From Octopus vulgaris (Eukaryota), in contig OX597840.1 in the NCBI GenBank assembly GCA_951406725.2, forward strand, positions 34,906,001-34,970,000: a stretch of 64,000 nt of DNA, given 5' to 3'. Positions 27,701 to 42,137 of this stretch are shown here, one piece after another (position 1 is the first letter of the stretch; every line of letters begins with the position of its first letter). The translations under genes were made by a program, and so were the position numbers. The notes under the pieces were generated by a model. The model was not told the origin of the DNA and made no database searches. It was given only the letters and a program-made list of their open reading frames with translations.

Positions 27701-28883
27701 TGGGAAGCGAGGAGATTCGGGTGGGAAGCGAGGAGAGTCGGGTATGAAGCGAGGAGAGTCGGGTGGGAAGCCAGCAGAATTGAGGCCAGCTGTGCGTAGA
27801 TTTGCAAGGTCAGTGGTGAGTGGAGTCAAAGGAGGTGAGAGAGAGAGAAAAAGAAAGATAGAGAGAAAGAAGAGAGAGAGAAAGAAAGAGAGGAGAGAGA
27901 GGAGAGAGACAGATAGAGAGAAAGAAGGATAGAGAGAAAGAAGAAAGAGAAAGGAGAGAGAGAGAGAGATGTCAGTACTGCTTCAACGAAGGCTAAGAAA
28001 TAGTATAATTAACAGTCAATGTCGTTGTTCTAACTGTTGTTCTTGTCACTTGTAAACTGTTGTCATGGAAACAAACTTACCGTTAAATATTATTGTTAGT
28101 TTAACTGTCATTGTTGTTGTTGTTGTTGTCAGCATTAACGAAAGTGTTGTGATTGATGATGATGATGATGATGATGATGAAGGGATTAGGGATTAAAGAA
28201 AGACAAACCTTAAGCAGCTCAGAGTTCATAAGTGGAATGATTATGTTTAATCCAAAGAGGACGACTTCTGCGGCTGAGATTTGCGTTGGTGGCGGTGAGG
28301 AGGTCTCTGGTTCTAAACACATCGAAGGAAACCATCAACAATTGGAGGTGACAATATCACACATATACATACACACACTCATAAACACACATATACATAC
28401 ACATAAACACAATGTAAATATACAGACACACATGTAAACATATATACAAACACAGACATAAACATATACATCCCTCTCTCTCTTTCGGAGAGGCACTGAG
28501 CAGCTATACGCACACATAAACACACGGAAGTAACTCCCGCCTACCGAATTCAATCACAAAGCTCCGGTTGGCTCGGGGCTATAGCGGAAGACACCTACCC
28601 AAAGTGCCACGCAGTGGGACTGAACCCGAAACCATGTAGTTAGGAAGCAAGCTCGTTTCTTTATTGCACATAAGGGGCTAAACATAGAGGGGACAAACAA
28701 AGACAGACAAAGGGATTAAGTCGATTACATCGACCCCAGTGCGTAACTGGTACTTATTTAATCGACCCCGAAAGGATGAAACGCAAAGTCGACCTCGGTG
28801 GAATTTGAACTCAGAACGTAGCGGCAGATGAAATATGGCTACGCATTTCGCCCGGCATGCTAACGGTTCTGCCAGCTCGCCTC

Positions 28884-28920
<37 letters not shown>

Positions 28921-31900
28921 TATACATACACACATACATCTACACTCCACCCTCATACACACACACACACACATCCACTCATACATGTCTTCTATCTTTA
29001 AATTGTTACGGTCAGTGAACTGTGGCCATGCTGGGGCACCACTTTAAAGGGTTTAGTTGAGCTTATTCTATCAATTTTTTTTTGCTGAACCACTAAGTTA
29101 CAGGGATGTCAACCAACCAACATCAGTTGTAAAGCAATGGTGGTGGTAGGGGTTTGACAAACACACACACAAACACGATAGGCTTCTGCAGTTTCCATCT
29201 ACCAAATCTACTCACAAGGGTTTGGTTGGCCCATGGTTATAATGGAATACATTTGTCCAAGGTGCCATGCAGCAGGACTGAACCTGGAGCCAGACTGTAG
29301 CAAAGCAAGCTCCTTAACCACACAACCACAACAACCAATATAACAACATCCCCTCCCCACCTGACGATGGCATAGTCATGCCTGATCATAAGTCTGCTTA
29401 ATCAGAGCTGACCATGGGCTAAACAATTATAACAGCAACCAACTCCCTGATGAGAAAGAGAGCCTGCATGTGGTCGCTCTGCCAGCATCTAGAAATAGCA
29501 GTTAAATCTCATACAAATCACACCCTACCATGTAAACCAAAGAAAGGCACATAAGCCAATACAGACATAGACGTATAAAAAGATGGGATGGCCATGCCTG
29601 GATCAAAATGGACCAACCAACTTACCAGGGCCACTGAAATCTATAAAATCTTTAGACAATAAATGCGTTAACATCTCCATCAGTAAAACGATGTCGTAGT
29701 ATTTCTCCTCCTCTTCATCGTTGATTCCAGCAATTTTCCGAGCTGAGGACAGAAGAAAGAAACACCATTTAGACGAAGGATAAAAGGTGGACAACAAAAT
29801 CAAAATCAAAATCAAATTTGATGACTGACATCCGTGCTAGCGAGGTGCAAAGAGCACCATACGAGTGTGATCGTTGACAGAGCAGCTAACTGGCTTCTGT
29901 GCCAGTGGCACATAAAAGGCACCATTTGAGTGCGATCGTTACCAGCGTCGCCTTACTGGCACTTGTGCCCCATGCTAGTAGGGTGCTAAGAGCACCATCC
30001 GAACGTGATTGTTGCCAGAGTGGCTAACCGGCTTCCATACCAGTGGCACATAAAAGGGCACCATTCGAGTGCGATCGTTACCAGTGTTGCCTTACTGGCA
30101 CTTGTGCCCCATGCTAGTAGGGTGCTAAGAGCACCATCCGAGCGTGATCGTTGCCAGAGCAACCAACTGGCTTCTGTACCTGTGGCACGTAAAAGGGCAC
30201 CATTCGAGCATGATCGTTACCAACGTCGCTTCATTGGCACGTGTAAAAAGATTCGAGCGAGGTCATTGCCAGTACTGCCTGACTGGCCCTGTGCTGGTGG
30301 CACATAAAATGCGCCATTCGAGCGTGATCATTAACAGCGTCGCCTTACTGGCACTTGTGCCCGTGCTAGTAGGGTGCCAAGAACACCATCAGAGCGTGAT
30401 CGTTTCTAACAGGCTTCTGTGTCGGTGGCACGTAAAAGGCACCATTCGAGCGTGATCGTTAGCAACGTCGCCTTACTGGCACCTGTGCCGGTGGCATGTG
30501 TAAAAGGATTCGAGTGAGGTCATTACCTGTACCGCCTGACTAGCCCCGTGCTGGTGGCACGTAAAAAGCACCCACTACACTCTCGGAGTGGTTTGTGTCA
30601 GGAAGGGCATCCAGCTGTAGAAACTCTACCAGATCAGATTGGAGTCTGGTTTGCCAGCCCTCAATCAAAATCGTCCAACCCATGCTAGCATGGAAAGCGG
30701 ACGTTAAACGATAATGATGAACAACAACAACAACTGTACATTCTACTTAAGTGGACAGGGGTCAGTGTATCTTTTATCTTTTACTTGTTTCAGCCATGAG
30801 ACAGCGGCCATACTGGAGCACTGCCTTGAAGGGTTTCAGCCAAACAAACCGACCCCAGGACTTATTTTTTAAACCAAGGATTTATTCTACAAGTACTTCA
30901 TGTTGAGCTGCTGAGTTTGAGGGATGTAAACAAACCGACACCAGTTGTCAAGAGGTGGTGGGGTGCAAATACAAACACAAGGACACACGGACACAGATAT
31001 ACTCGTATACAGGAATACCTCAACTATCGTGAGTGTTACATTCCAAACCCCATGACAATAGGTGAAAATCCACAAAATAGAAACAGTATTGTACATTTAT
31101 TTTTAATTTTTATAATTTGTATATATCTATTTTATTACAAATGCAAAACAACACCCCATGGAAGAATAGATGTAAGCTTAAATAACAAACTGTGATTGCT
31201 GAATTGCGATATGGCAAGGGATTACTGTATAAATCGTTGCTATTATGTTAAACTGTGGTATGTCCAAATGCACTTTTTTTATAATATTTAAATTTACTAT
31301 AGCCGGTTCTTTTGGTCAAACTATTGTATCAGATGAAAGTCGTCAAAGTGTATTACAACGGTTTAGCATTTTTTCCAGAAATGTAGTAAGCCCCACATAT
31401 ACGACAGTTTTGCAAAAATATTTGACTGAAACATGCATGGAGTTGCGATTTTATGCACCCAACAAAGTATTATTATTGTTAAGCTGAAACTGTTGCTAAT
31501 GTAAAAAGAAACGGAATGGTGAAACTATTTTTTTCGTTTTCAGATTAAAAAAAAAAAAAGCAACGTTTTGGACTTACGACACTTTTGCATAATAGCAATG
31601 ATATATAAATATATACACAATACACACAACAGACTTCTTTCAGCTACCAAATCCACTCGCAAGGCTTTGATAAGCCCAGGGCTATAGTAGAAGTCGCTTA
31701 CCCAAGATGCCAGACAGTGGGACTGAACCCAGAACCGTGTGGATGGGAAGCAAATTTCTTACCACACAGCTCCATATACTTTAAAAAGGAGAGAAGGGGG
31801 TGATGATGAAGTGTTACTATTTTTAGCACCCGTATTCCATTCTGGTATGGGTTGCAGGTTCTGACAGGATCTGACAGAAGAGAGGACGGCGCTAAGTTCT

Positions 31901-34592
31901 CTTGTCTTGTTTGTCGTGGTTTCCATGTTCAGATGCCCTTCCTAAAGCCAATCACTGTACAGAGTGGACTGGGTACTTTTTATGTGGCACCCACACCAGT
32001 GAGGTAGCCCAAGTAACTTGCAAGACGAGACCCCTCACCCGAGCAGAAAGGAGTGTTGATGGAGGTGGCTTTATGACAGGTGATAAGGGGTAAAAGTAAG
32101 GTAGCGGTACAGCAACAGGTGTCTTGTTGTATGGGAGATACACAGCTACCCCGGGTGGGAAAGAGAGAAAATGGAGGTGAACAGGGTATATTCTCAAGTT
32201 ACACTTTTTGGTAACTTGAAGATATACCCTGACACATGAAGTGTTACAGTAGATTGGACAGGACAAGTGGATGAGTAAATTTGCAAGAGTGTGGAAGGGA
32301 AGGACCTGATGGATAGAGATGAGGGCAGAAGAGGAAGCAGTGAGTGAACATGGGTGGGGGTGTGGTTAGGGTTATGAATAAGACAAGATGGTCAGAGCTG
32401 AAGTAGCTTTGATTATAGCAGATCTGTTTGACCAGGGCTGGGCAGATTTGGGGCACCACAGGCAACGGTATAGTAACAGACACACACAGAGCCCTGCTTC
32501 ATGCAATGCTAGCAATAACACGGTGATGTAATGGCTGTAATGCATTGATAGTTACTTACTGATATTGTGTTTGGAATAGGTTTGGATGAGTGACAGAGCA
32601 AGTTCATAGATTTTTCGGGAATCTGACTGAAAAAGCAAAAGAGAGAAAAAGAGAGAATGAACATACAGATACTTACAAGATAAAACATTTGCATGCATGT
32701 GTGCACCGTTATGCATTTATATTCTTATACATGAAACACCATACTGTATTATACATATAAGTGTGTGCATAAATATATAAGCGTGTGTGGGTGTGCATGT
32801 TTGTAGTCTTATATATATATGGTCGTGTTGATTCATTGTTCTTTCTCTTTGCCTTCGTAAAAAAGTATGTTTACCGTCATGGAGATTCTTATAGTAGCAG
32901 AAAAGGGATTTTCAACTCCTATTTCTAATTTCGGTATGTGGTGAAGCAGTTAGCTGAACCCTAATTATAATTATGTGGACAATTTTACCTATAAAGGTTA
33001 TTTTAACGTACTGATCTACTTGGTAAAATTGTTGATTAATTAATTAATGAATTAATTTAGTTAATAAATTTTACCCTTCTAATATTAATTTAAAATTATA
33101 ATTTACTCCATGATAGAATACTGCAGTTTGCAGCAGTATAGCTTGTAACATACACATGGGTATAGAGTTTTGAACAGTGTATTCACATTCAGCTCTACCA
33201 AGTATGACATCACTCCTTCCTTCTTTATTCATAAACACAAGAGTATCATTATGGTAGATTATCTCGGTAACCATGGGAGCTATGAAAAAAAATACAAAAC
33301 CCAGCATCACCACCGGATCATTCTACACATCTGTGTAATTTTTTGCACAATTCCACATGAATCCCAAGACAAGAAAGAATCGCCCATGTCAAATTCATAT
33401 GTATAGATATACTAGCAGTATTGCCCGGCTTTGCAAAATGGTCACATTTAATTCAAAGTGTTAAAAATGTTATGAAAACAATTGGTATGTGTTCACAAAG
33501 TCCAAACGATTAATACGAAAAAACCCTCCAGGCTACATCCCGAAAATTCATTTCTTTGCCGAATTTCTACAATGTTTACTGCGATTCGTTTTTATATCTT
33601 GATTTTTTATTTTTATTCTATGCAATTTACGCATGCTTGCACGTGTGGTGAACACAGTTCACGTCAAACAGCTGACTGAGTAAAGTTCACTATTCAATGC
33701 ATGGGATAAGGCCTAAACAAACACATTATTGATTTTTGCACTTGCGAGATGAATTTCGGAACAGAAATAGCGCAGTTCAATTTTCATTCGCCTAAACTTT
33801 AAGTGACCCATTTTTTGTGGTTCTACGATTTGTTGGCTAGGAGGAGATGTGCCGGGAAGTTAAACACACAGACACACAAGTTGAGTTTTATATATAGAGA
33901 TATGAAACATCATCAAGTTTATATGTAAGTGTGTGTATAAACTTGAATGTATGTTTACACATTTACACATTTGTATGTATACAGTAAGTATAGAAACAAA
34001 AATTAAACAACGGAGAGAGAGAGAGAGAAAGAGAAGTGGACTGACCTCGGGGAGATAGCAAAGCTGACGTTGGACAACTTCAGAGAATAGTTCCAGTACA
34101 AGAGGTACAACATCTTCGTAATTGTGGTACAGATCTGCGGAGGGAAAAAAAGAGAGAGATTGTGAGTGGATTTGGTACACAGAAACTGAAAGAAACCTGT
34201 CGTGTGTGTGTGAGTTGGTGTTTTCTTGTCCTGACGTGTGACTGTAAATGAGTGTCACCCTCATACATGCCATGTCTTTGGTTTCAATGCTTCCATGGGT
34301 GGGGGGGATTATCTTGTTTGGAGGAATGATAAAAAAAAAAAAAACAAGTGAGGGTTGGCAGCAGAAAGAGCGTCTGGCCGTAGAAAACCAGTTTCAATAT
34401 TCTGACGAGCCCATGCAAAGCAGAGAAAAGTGGACATTAACATGATGATGATAATGATGATGATGGTGGTGGTATACAGTGACAGTTTAAGGCTGATAGC
34501 AAGACAAAGGGATGGTTCAACATGTATACATACACTGAGAGAGGGAGAGATAGATAGAGAGAGAAAGAGAGATACATAGATAGATAGATAGT

Positions 34593-34632
<40 letters not shown>

Positions 34633-34745
34633 TAGATAGAGAGAGAGAGAGAAAGAGAGATAGATAGATACATAGATAGATAGAGAGAGAGAGAGATATA
34701 TAGATAGATACAAAGAAAGAGAGATAGATAGATAGAGAGAGAGAA

Positions 34746-34788
<43 letters not shown>

Positions 34789-37700
34789 TACAGAAGATCC
34801 AACACAGACATACACACACACACACAGATAGGCAAAAAATAATCCATTCAATTACAGGAAACAAGGCCTGAAATTTGCAGGGAGGGGTAAAATTTAATTA
34901 CATCAACCCCAGTGCGTAACTGGTACTTATTCAACTGACCCCGAAAGGATGAAAGGCAAAGTTGACCATGGCGGAATTTGAACTTAGAATGTAGCAGCAG
35001 ACAAAATAACTGAAAAAGATCCAGGGAAAAGGAGCTTCCACATGGTAACAAACTGTAGAAATAACAGCTAAATCTCCCTTTAATATGATCCTACCGTCTT
35101 AAGAAAAATTGACGGACAGATTGAGCAATGAAGAACTAGACATCACCATCCGTTTTCCATGCTGGCATGAGCTGGACAGATTTGCAGAAACCAGCAAAGC
35201 CAGGTTCCAGTCTGGTTTGGTTTGGTTTCTACAGCAGGATGCACTCCCTAACACCAACTGCTCCACAGAGTGTACTGCGTGCTTTTTACATAGCACCATG
35301 ACCACCACACAAAACAGAAAGGTCAGCTGCTTATGGTTAGAATCATCATCATCATCATCATCGTTTAACGTCTGTTTTCCGCGCTAGCATGGGTTGGACG
35401 GTTCGACCGGGGATCTGGGAAGCCAGGAGGTTGCACCAGGCTCCAGTCTTGATCTGGCAGAGTTTCTACAGCTGGATGCCCTTCCTAACGCCAACCACTC
35501 CGCGAGTGTAGTGGGTGCTTTTTACGTGCCACCGGCACAGGTGCTAGAAGAGTCTGGCATCGGCCACGGTCAGTTGGTGCTTTTAACGTGCCACCGGCAC
35601 GGAAGCCAGTCAAGGCGGCGCTGGCATCGGCCACGTTCGGATGGTGCTTTTTATGTGCCATTGGCACAGAAGACAGTCAGGGCGGCACTGGCATCGACCA
35701 CGTTCGGATGGTGCTTTTTATGTGCCACCGGCACAGAAACCGGTCAAGGCGGCGCTGGCATCGGCCACGTTCGGATGGTGCTTTTTATGTGCCACTGGGG
35801 CATAGAAGCCAGTCGAGGCGGCGCTGGCATCGGCCATGTTCTGATGGTGCTTTTTATGTGCCACCGGCACAGGTATCACAACTACTATTTCCATTGATAT
35901 TTATTTCGATGTTCATGTACTTGACTTAATAGGTCTGTTTTTAATTAACAACAGACAAACGCATATGCATACATCATCGCGCGAAGCTAGAGAGAGAGGT
36001 TTCAAATCTTACCCAATATTTTGACAGTCTCCACCAGTAAGGGGTGCAGGAAGTTGAATAATTGCTGGACTATGTCGACACGAGATGCCAGGGCAACGCC
36101 GCACATCGACTCGAGCAGGTTGAGGATGCTAGCTTTGACACCTGCCGTGTGGCACACCTTGCTGAAGTCGGCCTGGCACACAGTTTGGTAGAACCGATCA
36201 TGCAGAGATTGTAATACCTATTGGTGTAGAAAAAGAGAGAAGAGACAATATGGTTGTTGTTGCTATTGTTAAGAGGAGAAGAAACAGTATACATCATCTT
36301 TGCAGACTGGTGCATAAGCATACATAAGTACACACAAATATATACATACACACACTAATATACATACATATATATTCAGACATATACATATACACACATA
36401 TATACATACATATATATTCAGACATGTGGAGGCGCAATGGCCCAGTGGTTAGGTCAGCGGACTCGCGGTTTCGATTCCCAGACCGGGCGTTGTGAGTGTT
36501 TATTGAGCGAAAACACCTAAAAAGCTCCACGAGGCTCCGGCAGGGGGTGGTGGCGATCCCTGCTGTACTCTTTCACCACAACTTTCTCTCACTCTTTCTT
36601 CTGTTGGCCTGTTCGCTTAGCCAGCGGGGTGGCGTCGTTCGAAGGCTAAAACGATGCGAACGCATTGTGACCAGCGATGTGTAACAACATCTGATGGTCT
36701 GGTCGGTCATGTGATCACATGATATATATATACACACACAGATACATATACACACACACATAAACATATATATATATACATACACATATATACACACACA
36801 TAAACATATATATATATATACATACACATATATACAAAAAAAATCATTAAATAGAAAAGGCCAACACCAAGGACTCACGTATTTCCAATACTCGTCCTTC
36901 TGTGCCGATTCCATGGAGGCAGTTCCTGCCAAGACGAGACCCTTCAAGAGATAACGCTTTGATGCTGGCGACAACAAGATGAGTGGGGGCTGGTTGCTAG
37001 CTTCTTGTTTCACCAAATCCCACAAATGTTTACATTTCACAACTAGGTTACACCTACAAGAAGAAAACAAAAAAAAAAAAAATAAAGACATTACTTTAAA
37101 AAAATAATAAATTCAATCATCATCATCATCATCATCATTATTATCGTTTAACGTCTGCTTGGGTTGGATGATTTGACTGAGGACTGGTGAACCAGACGGC
37201 TGCACCAGGCTCCAGTCTTGATTTGGCAGAGTTTCTACAGCTGGATGCCCTTCCTAACGCCAACCACTCTGAGAGTGTAGTGGGTGCTTTTTACGTGCCA
37301 CCGGCATGAGGGCCAGTCAGGCGGTACTGGCAACGGCCACACTCGAAATGGTGTTTTTCTTACGTGCCACCTGCACAGGAGCCAGTCCAGTTCACTCAGT
37401 TGTAGAAATGAGTTGCGATGTCACTGGTGCCAAGCTGTATCGATCTTTGCCTTTTCTTTGGATAATATCAGTGGTGTGGAGAGGGGAGGTTGGTATGGAT
37501 GGGTGACTAAAAATGAACCCGACCGTAAAAAAAATTAAAAGAAAAACAGGAAAAATAATCCAGAATCCTTGTCGATCCCAAAATCTGATCAGTTCATGCT
37601 AATCGTGAGGCCAAACATCCTTGAAAGGTTCATCCAAATCCATCCAGCGGTTATTGAGATATCTTGTTCATGGACAAACAAACAAATATGATAGAAACCC

Positions 37701-40385
37701 TCCCCCCCACTTTCACTAAGGGCGAGGTAATGGTTTCAAATTTTGGCACAAGGCCAGCAGCTTCAGGGGAAGGATGTAAGCCAATTACATTGACCCCAGT
37801 ACTCAACTGGTACTTATTTTACTGATACAGAAAGGATGAAAGGCAAAGTTGACCGTGGCGTAATTCGAACTCAGCATTCCAGACAAAATACATCATTCTG
37901 TCCGTCTCTACGCTCTAACGATTCTGCCAGCTCACTGCCTTGTTCTCAACACTAATATCTATTTCTTTATTACCCACACAGAGAGGAGAAACAAGGACAG
38001 ACAAACGGATCAAGTCGATTACATCGACCCCAGTGCATAACTGGTACTTAATTTATCGACCCCGAAAGGATGAATGGCAAAGTCGACCGTGGCAGAATTT
38101 GAACCCAGAACGTAACGGCAGACGAAATACGGGTACGCATTTCGCCCGGCGTGCTAACGATTCTGCCAGCTCGCCGCTAATATCAATAGCTGTTTAACCC
38201 TAGGTCTGCCTTGATCCAGCAGACTCCCAAAGATATTCCAGTCTTTTATTCAGTGTCTTTAACATTGAAAAACACGGAAAGGTGGACGTTAAATTGATGA
38301 CGATGACGAGTGACCCGTTAGCAATAATTAAGTCTTGTATGAAGTTAGTGGTTTACATACCTTGGTTTATTTTCCACCAGGGCCACCAACAGCCGCAGTG
38401 AGTCATTCATCAGTTGCTCCTCGGCACTCCATATTGATAAGTTTGAGTTGATCCGCCCCAGGAGGAAGTCGACTGCCCACTGAGAGGCAGTTGTGTCCCG
38501 GCCAAAGGCGGAAACTATAGCCATACTGATCTGAGGAAGAAGAAGAAGAGGTGACAACAGTAAGGTAACATAAAGAGGGAGAGATCTTTTATCTTTTACT
38601 TGTTTCAGTCCATTGGACTGTGGCTGTGCTGGAGCATGGCCTGAAGAATTTTAGTTGAACCAATCAACCCCCAGCACTTATTTTTTTAAAGCTTGGTAGT
38701 TATTCTATAACTTGCTTTTGTCAAACCACCAAGTTACAGGGATGTAAACACACCGACACCGGTTGTCATGTGGTGGTGAAAGACAAACACACACACACAG
38801 ATATATCTATATATATAAAAGTGAGGTTGTGTGGTGTCTGTCTCCTACGATTTAGATTCCTAACTACTCCCACATTTTGCGGTGCAGTTTAACTGGGTAT
38901 CTTATAGTCGTGATTCATATCGAGCCCTTCTGGGTATTAGCGTGCGTCTACGATGAGTCTACGATTTTAAAAATAATTTACCATAATTTTTTCCCATTTT
39001 TAATGCACTTTTTTGCTATTATATAAGGGAAGTAACTCTCTAAAAATGTATTATTAAATCTCAGAACGCAAAAAGCTACAGTAACACCCCCCCTTTGTGG
39101 TTAGCCATATTGAGATGGCTATTATACTTTACATCTCTAAAAATGCTTATATAGTTATTTCCCTTACAAACCCGAGCAACGCCGGGCGATACTGCTAGTA
39201 TATATATATATATATATAGGTCAGTTTAAACACAAACCTCGAATCTACTACACTCTATATAAATTCCCTACTGGGAATGACCAACTTTAAGAGAATCTTA
39301 CATTGCTTATAAACTCTATATCTGCATGGACTCATATTAAACTCTGTTGGACTTTTGGATTTTACTCAAAGGATATTGGAATATTACACATATATACCAT
39401 TATGCCTATAAAACAGATTTATGAACTCAATAACCATACATACCTTATATCTATTTTCTTTCCTCCACCTCACTTGCTATTTGTATCATATGGAAACTAA
39501 CTATGACTTAACTTTTCCTCTCACACCGTCTCCGATGAAGGGATATTATTATTAATTAATATCCTAGAAACAGCTGTAAGACCTTCGGTCTATAAATGCT
39601 CTAATATCTATACAGCCTTGGTTTTTTTATCTCATTACGCAAAAAATTCATATATATATATATATATATCACCATAACCGACCAGGCTATCAGATGTTGC
39701 TCCACATCGCTGGTCACAATGCGCCTCGCATTGTTTTAGCCTTCAAATGACGGCACCCTGCTGGCTAAGCGAGCAGGCCAACAGACGAAAGAGTGGTGAA
39801 AGAGTACAGCAGGGATCGCACCACCCCCTGCTGGAGCCTCGTGGAACTTTAGGTGGTTTCGCTCAATAAACACTCACAACGCCCGGTCTGGGAATCGAAA
39901 CCGCGATCCTCCAACCACGAGTCCACTGCCCTAACCACTGGGCCATTGCACCTCCACACACACACATATATATATATGATGGGTTTCTTTCAGTTTTTGT
40001 CTACCAAATGAACTCATCTGAGGCTATAGTAGAACCTTGCCAAAGGTGCCACACAGTAGGACTGAACCTGGAACCATGTGGTTGAGATGGAAACTCCTTA
40101 CCACACAGCCACACCGGCGCCTCAACAGAACATTTTGGTCACTTGTGTTTGCAATTGTACTCTTTTGGTTATAACTCAATCATTGATGACCAAAAGTGAG
40201 AACAGACACCAAAAATGAATGGAGTGGCTGTGTGGTGAGTAGCTTGCTTACCAACCACATGGTTCCGGGTTCAGTCCCACTGTGTGGCACCTTGAGCAAG
40301 TATCTTCTACTATAACCTCAGGCCGACCAAAGCCTTGTGAGTGGATTTGGTAGACGGAAACTGAAAGAAGCACATCGTATATATG

Positions 40386-40424
<39 letters not shown>

Positions 40425-42093
40425 TTGTGTGTCTGTGTTTGTTCCCCTAGCATTGCTTGACAACCGATGCTGGTGTGTTTATGTCCCCGTCACTTAGCAG
40501 TTCAGCAAAAGAGACTGATAGAATAAGTACTAGGTTTACAAAGAATAAGTCCTGGGGTCAAGTTTGCTCGATCAAAGGCGGTGCTCCAGCATGGCCACAG
40601 TCGGATGACTGAAACAAGTAAAAGAGTAAAGAGTAAATGACAAATACCGATAAATTTTGGAGATGTCTTTTAATGATGTGATTATTTTTAGAATGGCATT
40701 GCAGAGAGGTTAACGAGAAGCTGGATTGAACATTTAACGAGTTTAATATTTTGGCTGGAATAGGATTGGTTTAAATGCAAAAGGGTTAACGGAAGATATG
40801 ATGGAAGGTACAGAATAAAAGACGGACTTACCTGAGGATAACAGCTTTCATCTGGTAACAGGTAAGACACTGCCCATCGTTGCAGAAACCACATAACAGT
40901 GCTACCCACCTGTGGACTGAGGCAATCGGCCAAACGAGCTTCGATTGCTTGTCGATGGATGTCACACACCTTAAACACAGCCGACACTAACCTGGAAAGA
41001 GAATAAGGAGCTGAAGAAGGGGCAGACAGAATCACCTGCAATTGAAACACATTCATCTTATATCTTTTACCTGTTTCAGTCATTAGACTGCGGCCATGTT
41101 GGGGCACCATTTTGAAGAACTTCTTTAAGCCGGGTACTTATTCTGTTGGTCTTTTTTGCCAAAATGCTAAGTTATGGGGATGTAAACACCAGCACCAATC
41201 ATGAAGCAGTGGTGGGGGACAAACACAGACACACACAAACATCATCATCATTGTTTAGTGTCCGCTTTCCATGCTAGCATGGGTTGGATGGTTCAACTGG
41301 GGTCTGGGAAGCCAGGAGGCTGCGCGAAGCCCAGTCTGATCTGGCAGTGTTTCTACAGGTGGATGCCCTTCATAACGCCAACCACTCTGAGAGCGTAGTG
41401 GGTGCTTTTTACGTGCCACCTGCACAGGTGCCAGACAAGGCTGGCAACGGCCACAATTGGATGGTACTTTTTTACGTGCCACCGGCACGGAGGCCAGTTG
41501 GGGCGGCGCTGGCAATGGCCACATTCGGATGGTTCTCTTACGTGCCACCGGCACTGGTATTACAGCTACATTTTCCATTGATGTTGATCGATTTCATACG
41601 TATAATCTCTATATACATATACACACACACACACACATGATGGGCTTCTTTCAATTTCAAAAATGAAGAATGTGAAGTCAGCACATCGAACAAGGTCGAC
41701 TGATGAACATTTGGAAGCAATTCTCTTGGTTGGATGCAGCAATTCCAAAGCAAATATTGATGATATCTTAAAAAACTAAGCACCAGTTTCACAAATCTCA
41801 CTAATCTTTTCTTGCTGCTTAGTTTGTGAGATTCGGATAGGTGCACACTGGGTGAGATATGACTATACATCTGCTAAACATCGCCTTCTTTACTCTTTTA
41901 CTAGTTTCAGTAATTTGACTGCGGTCATGCTGGAGCACCGCCTTTAGTCGAGCAAATCGATCCCAGGACTTATTCTTTGTAAGCATAGTACTTATTCTAT
42001 CAGTCTCTTTTGCCGAACCACTAAGTTACGGGTATGTAAAAACACCAGCATCGGTTGTCAAGCAATGCTAGGGGGACAAACAGACACACAAAC

Positions 42094-42137
<44 letters not shown>

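Noticed and set aside
27220-27829. Repetitive ORFs (RRVGWE / VGSEES / FPPDSP)
   Set aside because: Reading frames of an intronic 21-bp minisatellite, open on both strands.
36428-36490. tRNA gene candidates (also 3055, 49790, 50045, 63924)
   Set aside because: Heads of multi-copy SINEs with no complete cloverleaf.
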